Assembly (NCBI GenBank): GCA_021774615.1
Contig: JAJFIW010000015.1
Location: 490 to 64,489, forward strand
Direction: 5' to 3'
Source: Alphaproteobacteria bacterium
Lineage (GTDB): Bacteria > Pseudomonadota > Alphaproteobacteria > UBA1280 > UBA6503
DNA length: 64,000 nt
The notes below the pieces were generated by a model. That model was not told where the DNA came from. It searched no databases and worked only from the letters and a program-made list of their open reading frames with translations. The position numbers and the translations under genes were made by a program. Numbering within the stretch: the stretch's first letter is position 1; each line of letters starts with the position of its first letter. This document shows, piece after piece, positions 47,861 to 56,500 of the stretch.

Positions 47861-49243
47861 TTAATCCAGCTTAACCTCACCGAACAAAGAACTTGCTGTT
47901 GCTTTAGTTATGTTCACATGAATTTGTTGCCCAAGCAAGCGTTGATTGCCCTCTACATTCACTGCAATATTATGTGGGCTGCGACCTCGAAGTTGGTTTT
48001 CTTTGCGCCCAGCCTCTTCAAGTAGAACTGGGATAGTTTTGCCAACAAAGCTATTGTTATATGCTTTTTGCTGCTCGGTTAGTAGATCTTGCAACCGCTG
48101 TAGCCGTTCTTTTTTAACTTCCAGTGGCACTTGGTTGGTGTTTTCTGCAGCAGGAGTATTCGGACGGGGTGAATACATAAACGAATATGCTGACGAATAT
48201 CCAACCTCACGCACTAGATCCATTGTCATCTCGAAATCTTCGTCAGTTTCGCCAGGGAAACCAACAATAAAGTCCCCAGAAATGGCAACATCGGGGCGTG
48301 CCATACGCAATAAATCAATAATCTGTAAATATTCGTCAGCAGTATGGGTGCGGTTCATATCTACTAGTATTTTATCAGACCCTGCCTGCACAGGTAGGTG
48401 CAAATAAGGCATTAGCTTTCTCTCTTTACCAAATAGCTCAATAAGTTCGTTATCCATCTCACTAGGGTGCGAGGTTGTAAAACGAATTCGCTCAATTCCG
48501 TCAATTGTGGCCACTTGTTGCAATAGTCTTGCGAGGTTACATTCTTTGCCATCACTACCAAGGCCGTGGTAGGCATTTACATTTTGCCCCAGCAAACATA
48601 CTTCTTTTGCTCCTTTTTCGGCGAGTGCTCTAATCTCGGTCAGTATGCTTTCTACAGTTCGAGATAATTCCACCCCACGAGTAAACGGTACTACACAATA
48701 AGTACAAAACTTATCGCACCCTTCCTGGATAGTCACATAAGCCGATGGCCCCCGCAAACCTTGTGGTGCTAGCGAATCAAACTTTTCTAATGCGGGGAAA
48801 TCTGTGTCTAAAACTCGTTTACGCTTGCCAGCAGCTAAGCCAGAGCGCGCAATAAACTCGGGCAAGCGGTGGTAAGTTTGGGGGCCAAAAACAATATTTA
48901 CCTTAGGCGAGCGTTGCATAATGGTTCGGCCCATTGCTTGCCCCATACAGCCACCAATAGCGATAAGAGGGTTGCGTTTATTGCCTTTAGTAACCCTACC
49001 AATATCAGAAAATACTTTTTCGTCGGCCTTTTCACGGATATGGCAGGTATTAAGAATAACTAAATCAGCTTCTTTAGCATCTGCAATTTTTTCAAACCCA
49101 TAAGGAGCAAGCATGTCTTCCATCCGCTCGGCGTCATAAACATTCATCTGGCAGCCGTAGTTTTTAATAAAAAACTTACGCCCCTCTTGCACATCAAGAG
49201 CTGCTACTGGCATCTGTTCTTCAGATGTAATTTGTACTTTCAT
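47861..49243 (-). CDS. miaB: tRNA-i6A37 methylthiotransferase MiaB
   Basis: N-terminal UPF0004 Cys triad. Radical SAM CDKFCTYC. C-terminal TRAM domain. Confidence 0.9.
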   Translation of the reverse strand: MKVQITSEEQMPVAALDVQEGRKFFIKNYGCQMNVYDAERMEDMLAPYGFEKIADAKEADLVILNTCHIREKADEKVFSDIGRVTKGNKRNPLIAIGGCMGQAMGRTIMQRSPKVNIVFGPQTYHRLPEFIARSGLAAGKRKRVLDTDFPALEKFDSLAPQGLRGPSAYVTIQEGCDKFCTYCVVPFTRGVELSRTVESILTEIRALAEKGAKEVCLLGQNVNAYHGLGSDGKECNLARLLQQVATIDGIERIRFTTSHPSEMDNELIELFGKERKLMPYLHLPVQAGSDKILVDMNRTHTADEYLQIIDLLRMARPDVAISGDFIVGFPGETDEDFEMTMDLVREVGYSSAYSFMYSPRPNTPAAENTNQVPLEVKKERLQRLQDLLTEQQKAYNNSFVGKTIPVLLEEAGRKENQLRGRSPHNIAVNVEGNQRLLGQQIHVNITKATASSLFGEVKLD

Positions 49244-49508
49244 GAATACGCCTCTTATAATAATTTAACTTAAGACTTTCACGGTCTTAAATTGCACTAA
49301 GCTCCGCTTAAACTGCGGTAAACCCGCAGTTAGACTTCGCTAGTGGGGCACAAAACAGTTTGTGCCCATAGTAGTTTAACCATGCAAGTGCAAAGTTAAA
49401 CTACTATATTCTAAAAAAACCTTATGTTATGTAACCCTATTATGCAGAAAAATCAACTCCCAACAAGAAAGCCCCCACCTTGAATGGTGAGGGTTCTCAT
49501 GAATCGAT

Positions 49509-49898
49509 CTAATAAGAGCTTAATGGTTCTATATTTTTAGGGCACATATTTTTATAATTTCTGTCTGTGACACAAGATTCTAGGTTCATATAATCCTTAA
49601 CTAACGAATTAAACTCAGCCAAAGGATCCTTGTGCACATACTGCTTCTTAATTATAAAAACACCACCCCAAGGTTTAACAAAAACCCAAACTAATGCAAA
49701 AAGGCCATTATCCATCTTTTTTATAAAAACTGCATTATTTTTATAAATATGATATTTGAATATGCCATCAATAACACCAACTTCATTAGCGCACCTAAGA
49801 AGATATGCAGTGAGCTGGTGTTTACGGTATTGGTATTTTGCAAAACAAATTGCACTGACACTTATTATAATAAGCACACTTAATGCTATCTCGAACAT
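49509..49898 (-). CDS. Member P1 of the novel small-protein family (divergent, TM-anchored)
   Basis: NNAVFIKKMDNG ... EFNSLVKDYMNL aligns with the family core. Confidence 0.4.
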   Translation of the reverse strand: MFEIALSVLIIISVSAICFAKYQYRKHQLTAYLLRCANEVGVIDGIFKYHIYKNNAVFIKKMDNGLFALVWVFVKPWGGVFIIKKQYVHKDPLAEFNSLVKDYMNLESCVTDRNYKNMCPKNIEPLSSY

Positions 49899-49994
49899 AG
49901 ATTTTCACCCCAAAAGTAGAGTTAAGAAAAAGAAAAGAAAGGCTACAGAATAAACCATTTATATGACTTTTTTAATGACATAGTCAAGCTATAA

Positions 49995-50030
49995 ACTACT
50001 AAAGCCCCTTTTAAAGGGGGCTTTAGTAGT
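49995..50030. repeat. 14-bp perfect inverted repeat (actactaaagcccc / ggggctttagtagt), terminator-like
   Basis: Seen in the sequence downstream of P2. Confidence 0.5.
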
Positions 50031-50035
50031 TGTCG

Positions 50036-50434
50036 TTATTCAATATAGATAGCATTTGTATATTTGCTACCATCAATCCGGTTTTCTCTAGACAGATAAA
50101 GATCCACCCATCTATTAAACTCTGATTCTGCGAAAATTTCCTCATCAGCAAGAAAAGTAGCTCGCTCAACAACGACTGTTTTGCCGCAAGCATTCATAAA
50201 TGCTCTGTGTAGTTTATAAGAATCATCGTCCTTCTTTATAAGGTACACAATGTTCCCATTAACAATATTAAAGTAGGATATTCTTTCATTTTCTCCGAAA
50301 GATTTTGCCCAATTAAAGTGTAAAAACAAACGTTTAGCTTTTTTATAAAGAAAACGTAAAAACATAAATAGTACATACAACCCTAAAGGATACAAAATAA
50401 GGGGAATATATAATAAAAAATCGTTAGAGAACAT
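50036..50434 (-). CDS. Member P2 of the novel small-protein family (TM-anchored)
   Basis: GNIVYLIKK ... FMNACGKTVVVERATF ... FNRWVDLYLSRENRIDGSKY. Confidence 0.5.
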   Translation of the reverse strand: MFSNDFLLYIPLILYPLGLYVLFMFLRFLYKKAKRLFLHFNWAKSFGENERISYFNIVNGNIVYLIKKDDDSYKLHRAFMNACGKTVVVERATFLADEEIFAESEFNRWVDLYLSRENRIDGSKYTNAIYIE

Positions 50435-50500
50435 AAGCCCTCCTTATAGTTAGTCTACTAGCAAGACTCGTGTGGAAATAATGGTATTGCCAGCATAAAT

Positions 50501-50788
50501 CTAATAAAAGAAAACATCTTTATCAAACGTACTACCATCAATAATGCGGTTCGGGTCTAGAAACCTTTTGCACCATGCTATAAACGAGGCGTTGGCATTA
50601 TCTGTATCAGTAAAAGAAGTTCTGCCTGCGACAACTGTTTTGCCTTTGGCATTCATGAATAGTCGGCGCATTACATATAAGCCGCAACTAAGTTGTTCGA
50701 GAATAATTGCATTATTCTCAGACATTGCTAGCCCGATTTGGGTTGCATTTAATTCTGCTTTGGTTGGTGTCCAATTAATAACGGCCAT
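50501..50788 (-). CDS. Member P3 of the novel small-protein family (no TM, start at internal ATG)
   Basis: NNAIILEQLSCG ... FMNAKGKTVVAGRTSF ... FIAWCKRFLDPNRIIDGSTF. Start at MAVINW with a GGAGG 8 nt upstream. Confidence 0.5.
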   Translation of the reverse strand: MAVINWTPTKAELNATQIGLAMSENNAIILEQLSCGLYVMRRLFMNAKGKTVVAGRTSFTDTDNANASFIAWCKRFLDPNRIIDGSTFDKDVFFY

Positions 50789-50880
50789 GATAGTAGCCTC
50801 CATAAATGTGGAAATGAAAAGGGAAGAATAGAAAAACAATCCCTAATTATACAAGATTTTGGTATATAAATACAACCATA

Positions 50881-50923
50881 AATAATGAAAGCTCCTACCA
50901 ACAAGGTAGGAGCTTTCATTATT
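50881..50923. repeat. 19-bp perfect inverted repeat (aataatgaaagctcctacc / ggtaggagctttcattatt)
   Basis: Seen in the sequence, directly downstream of P4. Confidence 0.55.
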
Positions 50924-50928
50924 TCGCT

Positions 50929-51246
50929 TTATGGGATAAGTGATACCCCCTTAAATAAAGAACCATCCCTAATTTTTGTTAGGGTCAAATATTCTTTAAC
51001 CCATCGTTCAAAAAGAGTTACTGCAAGTGATTGTTTATTTGGATTAAACCCAGCAACTTTAACATTAACTTGCTGGCCATAAGCATTTGCAAAAACCCAA
51101 CGTAGAAGTATTCTTCCACTAGGTAGTTGCTCTAGAACAATGGCGTTGTCTTTTAAGACTTTATGTTTAATGAGCAGGCGGTCTCCCCTTTTAGGGAATT
51201 GGTGTGCAATTATAATTGCGCGTTTAACTCTATTTATATTTAACAT
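50929..51246 (-). CDS. Member P4 of the novel small-protein family (no TM)
   Basis: DNAIVLEQLPSGR ... FANAYGQQVNVKVAGF ... FERWVKEYLTLTKIRDGSLF. Confidence 0.5.
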   Translation of the reverse strand: MLNINRVKRAIIIAHQFPKRGDRLLIKHKVLKDNAIVLEQLPSGRILLRWVFANAYGQQVNVKVAGFNPNKQSLAVTLFERWVKEYLTLTKIRDGSLFKGVSLIP

Positions 51247-51332
51247 ATAAAAAAATCCATAAAAAGTAACAATAAGATTACATAAATAAATATCTACACT
51301 ATGTAGGGATACTAATAGTAGCTATCAACCCC

Positions 51333-51380
51333 CTAGATGCAATAAAAGCCCCCGTGCATGGGGGCTTTTATTGCATCTAG
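51333..51380. repeat. 21-bp perfect inverted repeat (ctagatgcaataaaagccccc-gtgcat-gggggcttttattgcatctag)
   Basis: Seen in the sequence, directly downstream of P5 and overlapping the -35 region of P4. Confidence 0.6.
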
Positions 51381-51389
51381 GCACTAAGC

Positions 51390-51869
51390 CTAACTATTGT
51401 CGTTAATGTAAAACACCTTTTCAGGGTTATACACATCATAATAATATCTACTGCCATCAATTAATTGTGATGGACGCATATATTTTTCGCACCATTCTCT
51501 ATGCATTTCTCTGGCAGCAGCTTCATTAGCAGCAGAAAAATTTTCTGTTGATGTCGTTACAGTTGTGCCAAAACTATTCATTATTACTCGGCGCAAGCGG
51601 AAAGGGCCAACTGCTACACCAATGCTAGTGTTTGCATTTTGCCTTAAGCCAAGGTCTTCCAGAATAATGGCATTACCTTGGGAAAGGTTACTGGCCATTA
51701 CGGTAGCACCTTCTTCTGAAGTTGCTGGCATCCAAGAGGACTCCATCTCCGCACGCTGGCGATTTTCTCCGCCTTTAGTAAGTAGGCTAAGAAGGTTAAA
51801 TTTAAATACAATAAATGCTCCAATAGCAAGCACTACGAATACAGGGATAGGAATACCTAAGATATCCAT
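51390..51869 (-). CDS. Member P5 of the novel small-protein family (TM-anchored, longest)
   Basis: GNAIILEDLG ... IMNSFGTTVTTSTENF ... HREWCEKYMRPSQLIDGSRY. Confidence 0.5.
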   Translation of the reverse strand: MDILGIPIPVFVVLAIGAFIVFKFNLLSLLTKGGENRQRAEMESSWMPATSEEGATVMASNLSQGNAIILEDLGLRQNANTSIGVAVGPFRLRRVIMNSFGTTVTTSTENFSAANEAAAREMHREWCEKYMRPSQLIDGSRYYYDVYNPEKVFYINDNS

Positions 51870-51964
51870 GATTTTCTCCTATAAAGGATGTGGGGGAAAA
51901 GAAAAGAAGATTACGTAAGTAATCGTTATTTATGTTTACTGGAGAAAAACAGCCTTGTCAAATT

Positions 51965-52399
51965 CTATAGGTTGAATTGGTAAATAAGCGCGTCTTCTTT
52001 GTTATTATAATATTTGCGCCGCACCCCAACTTTAACACCACCAAGTTTAGTATATATCCCTTTTGCAGCATTATTGTCGGCTTTAACTTCTAGAGTAACG
52101 TTATAAACCCCGTCAGACTTCATTTTACTAAAAAGATGTTTTATTAATTGCTCGGCAAACCCTTTGCGGCGATGTGTTTTAAGTACACCTATTGTTAGTA
52201 TTTCGCCTACGTCTTCTACCCATTGCCCTAAAACATAGCCTACTGGCACTTTTCCAGAGTACGCTATAAACCCAAAAACTGTTGGTAACGACAACATCGC
52301 TGCAATATCTTCTTTATGCCAAGCATTAGCCGAAAACACTGCTTGTTCTAGGTTATTTAAGGTAATTAAGTCTTCTATTAAGGCGGGTTTAATATCCAT
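51965..52399 (-). CDS. rimI: Ribosomal-protein-alanine N-acetyltransferase RimI (GNAT)
   Basis: GNAT motif HRRKGFAEQLIKHL. tsaB-rimI synteny. Confidence 0.8.
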   Translation of the reverse strand: MDIKPALIEDLITLNNLEQAVFSANAWHKEDIAAMLSLPTVFGFIAYSGKVPVGYVLGQWVEDVGEILTIGVLKTHRRKGFAEQLIKHLFSKMKSDGVYNVTLEVKADNNAAKGIYTKLGGVKVGVRRKYYNNKEDALIYQFNL

Positions 52400-53026
52400 T
52401 TACTCGCCTATTTTACGGTAAGTTAAGGGGCGGATATAAGCAGGCGTTAAAGTTGTGCTAACATCTTCATTCGCCATTAGTTTCGCAAAGTCGATGGGGT
52501 TAGCAGCATCAATATAAGTACCTTTCTCTAGTTGGTTGAAAATATTCCCAACTAGGATAGTTCCTTTAGGGCAAGTTTCTAACGCATTAGCAATAGGTGC
52601 GGCTGTAGCATCATTAAGAGGCGTTCCATCAGCACTAAAATAACGGAAGTAAATATCCCCCCCTACTGCCTGCTGCCAAACCCCTACGGGCTGGCCTTTA
52701 TTTAAATATGGCAAAGCAAGCGCCTTTAAGCCACAAGCACCATAAATAGGTATATTTAGCGACATACCCAAAGCTTTAGCAACCGCCAAACCAATCCTGA
52801 TACTAGTAAACGAACCGGGGCCAAGATTAACCACAACTGCAGAAATATCAGCCCAATCGTATTTAGCTTTTTCTAACAATGCAATAAGTTCGGGCTGGAT
52901 ACGTGCTGCCATATCACGCCATACTTTATCTTTAAAAGATGCTAAAATTTTACCATCAGCAACAATTGCTAACGATAATACATCTGTTGCCGTATCTATT
53001 ATTAAGCTTAAACTCTGTTGTTTCAT
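52400..53026 (-). CDS. tsaB: tRNA t6A biosynthesis protein TsaB (YeaZ)
   Basis: LSLIIDTATDVLSLAIV ... VNLGPGSFTSIRIGLAVAKAL. Start at MKQQSL (53026). The ORF track's 297-aa version is a 5' over-extension. Confidence 0.8.
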   Translation of the reverse strand: MKQQSLSLIIDTATDVLSLAIVADGKILASFKDKVWRDMAARIQPELIALLEKAKYDWADISAVVVNLGPGSFTSIRIGLAVAKALGMSLNIPIYGACGLKALALPYLNKGQPVGVWQQAVGGDIYFRYFSADGTPLNDATAAPIANALETCPKGTILVGNIFNQLEKGTYIDAANPIDFAKLMANEDVSTTLTPAYIRPLTYRKIGE

Positions 53027-53108
53027 TCGTGCTCTACCCATTTTGTCAGGAAAAAGTTGTACTGCTAACCATAAAGTATAAGGAAGTTTAAAAGGAGTAA
53101 AGAATAAC

Positions 53109-53474
53109 ATGGTCAGTGCTATAAACATTGCTGCAACGGGGCTATTTAAAACCCAGCAAGATTTTAACAAATCTGCGGTAAGTTTTATTAATAGTTTTAC
53201 ACCTACATTAGCTGCTGCATCTGGCGATGTAGGCGCACTAGAGAATATTACCCAAGTACCAACAGACCCACAAGTAAACCCGTTTGCAGGCAACCAAATT
53301 AGTGGCGATACACTTATTGCAGCTAGTACTGCACAACTATTTAGCCCTGATGCTACAGACCCAGCTCAAACGTTGGGGAATCTTATTTTAGATCAAACCT
53401 CATTTTTAGCTAATATTTATTCTTTTAGTAGCATTAGCGAAACAGAGCAAGAGCTATTAAATATTCTAGCTTAA
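53109..53474 (+). CDS. Hypothetical protein whose N-terminus resembles the flagellar rod/hook N-terminal motif
   Basis: VSAINIAATGLFKTQQDFN resembles the -A-TGL-AQQ- N-terminal helix of Flg rod proteins, but the NNIAN box is absent. GGAG Shine-Dalgarno. Confidence 0.35.
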   Translation: MVSAINIAATGLFKTQQDFNKSAVSFINSFTPTLAAASGDVGALENITQVPTDPQVNPFAGNQISGDTLIAASTAQLFSPDATDPAQTLGNLILDQTSFLANIYSFSSISETEQELLNILA

Positions 53475-53593
53475 CAAACTAAAATACAACAAGAGCTAAC
53501 ATAAACAACCACAAGTATATATGATTTATGTTTACTATATAGCTCTATTACCTAAGAATAATAGTAACACTTAATAAAAATAGAGATGCAACC

Positions 53594-56500
53594 ATGCTTC
53601 CACAAAAATCTGATTTTATAATAGACGCTGTTTATAACCATCGTGTAAAAGACATCATAGCTAATACCCCTAAAAAAAAGATACCTAGCAAACTATTTAA
53701 TACATTTGCAGAGATTTTCTTTTCTGGTACGCCAACACATGAGCTAAAAAACCATAGCGACAGCAATTTATTAGAATCATTACAACAGAGCTTTAAATTT
53801 CTAGATGCTCCGCTAAAACAGTCGGAACTAAAGCTAGCTGTTTTTAACCCTAATTTTACACGCCATAGCGTCATAATGACGAACTTACGTGACCAACCGT
53901 TTTTAATTGATAGCCTATGGCTTGAGTTAAACCGCAGAGGTATAGAGGTTCATCATACATTCCACCCTACTCTTGCAGTTGTTCGCGATAGTAAAGGCCA
54001 TGTTACAGAACTATCAAGAAGTGACAATAAAACTACAGCTATAGACCAACGCGAAGCTTTCATTTTTATCGAGTTTGACCGCCAGTCTGAAGAAGATATT
54101 GCCGAAATACACGATGCTATAGCAAATACACTTAAAATTGCTCGCCAAGTAGTAAATGATTTCCCCGCAATAACTGGCAAAATGGATAATGTCATCCAAA
54201 CTCTGGGCCACGCAAAAAGCCACGACATGGTTGAAGATACATTAGAAAATGTTGCTTTCCTAGAATGGCTACTAAATGACCACTTTGTTTTCTTAGGTTA
54301 CCGCCAGTACGACTTAATACATAAAAAAGATAAGCCATTTATTAAAGCTAAAGATGGCTCTTCTTTAGGTATTTTAAAAGGGGCGAAAGAGTCTTCAGTT
54401 ACCGAAGAAACACCTTTAGAGAATATTTCTCCTAATTTGCAACGTTATATGTCTTCTTCAAAAGCACTAACTATTGCAAAGTCTATTACTAAGGCAAATA
54501 TCCATCGTTATGTAGATATGGACTACATTGGGGTTAAAGAGTTTGATGACAAAGGTAGGGTTATCCGTGAGCATAGGTTCTTAGGGTTATTTACATCTCG
54601 TGCTTATACCGATAACATTCATAATATTCCTCTAATACGGCAAAAAATTAACGCAATTATTGCGTCAGAACCAGCCAGTAAAATAGGTGGCTACAATCAT
54701 CGTGCTTTAATCAATATTCTTGCAACATACCCACGCGATGAATTATTCCAGATATCAATGTCTGACTTACACCGCATTACAATGGGTATTTTACACCTTA
54801 AAGAGCGCCAACAGACTAAACTATTTGTTCGCCATAGCGCCGACGAACGGCTTATTACAGCAATGGTTTTCCTACCACGAGACCAATTAACCAGGGTTAA
54901 CCGTAACCGTATATCGGCTATTTTATGCCAGTCTTATAACGCTGAGGATATTACCTATAATATCCATGTAAGTAACTCTGCATTGGCACGTGTATTTTTT
55001 ATGATTCGTACCGAAAAAAACACCTCACAAACTACTTCTGATGATGACACTGAAAAGCTTATCGTCGAGCTAACTCGCTCATGGGAAGATGGATTACGCC
55101 GTAAAATGTGTGAACTATGGGGCGAGCATAAAGGCCTTAATACTTTCAAAAAATACAACCTTTCTTTCCAAGCCGGCTACCAAGAGCGTACTAATACAAA
55201 TATTGCAATAGATGATATCCAGAACATAGAAGGCCTTATAAAATCTGGTAAAGACAATAAACTTAGTATTTCTCTGCACCAAACAAATGATGATGGGCGT
55301 GCAAGCTTGCGTATTTACCATAAGGAGACCCCTATCCATTTATCTAGTATTATGCCAATCCTCGAAAAAATGGGGCTACGGGTAATCGAAGAGCACCCGA
55401 GCAATGTATCAACTACAGACGGCGTATTTTGGATTCATGATTTTGTGGTTTACCCTCCAGAAGGTGCTAGCCATTCATTAATAGAAAACTCTACAACCGA
55501 GCAACTTACCCAAGCAATAGAGCTTGCTTGGTATGGTAAAATTACTGTTGATAGCCTAAACAAGCTAATTACTAAAGGCAACTTAGGGGCTGAAGCTATT
55601 ATTGTGTTGCGCTCTTATATAGCTTATTTACAGCAAGTTGGCAGCAAATATTCGGCAGAATATATCCGTGAAACTTTAATTAAACACAGCACTATTACAG
55701 GCCGCTTGTGGAAATTATTCGATAGCAGGTTTAATAATGACTACGACAAAAAATCCGCACAAAAAATGGAAGATTCAGCCATAAAAAGCATTTATGCTGG
55801 CTTAAAAGAAGTATCCGTTTTAGATGAAGACATAATTATCCGTAAACTTGTGGGGATAATTAAAGCCACCAAGCGTACTAATGCATTTGCACGCACAGAC
55901 ATCACAGAGCCATTAGCATTTAAAATATTTAGCGCTGATGTGCCAGACCTACCAAAACCAGCACCACTATTTGAAATTTTTGTTTACCATGTAGCGGTTG
56001 AAGGCATCCACCTTCGTGGTGGCAAGGTTGCCCGTGGTGGCCTACGCTGGTCCGACAGGCCTGCTGACTTTAGAACCGAAATTCTAGGACTAATGAAAAC
56101 CCAGATGACTAAAAATGCGGTTATTGTGCCAGTTGGCTCAAAAGGCGGCTTTGTACTGAAAAAATCCCCTTGCGATCTTAAAGACTTAGGGACCTGCGAC
56201 CGTGATGCATTAAAACAAGCAGTAGTTGATGCTTACAAAATATTTATCCGCAGTTTACTATCAGTTACCGATAATATTAAGAACGACAAAGTTGTTCCAC
56301 CTAAGAATGTTCGCCGCCATGACGACGACGACCCATATTTTGTTGTTGCAGCCGATAAAGGTACTGCCACATTCTCTGACCTAGCTAATAGTCTTTCGCA
56401 AGAATCAGGCTTCTGGCTAGGTGATGCATTTGCATCTGGTGGTTCAAACGGGTATGACCATAAAAAAATGGGGATTACTGCTCGTGGTGCTTGGGATAGC

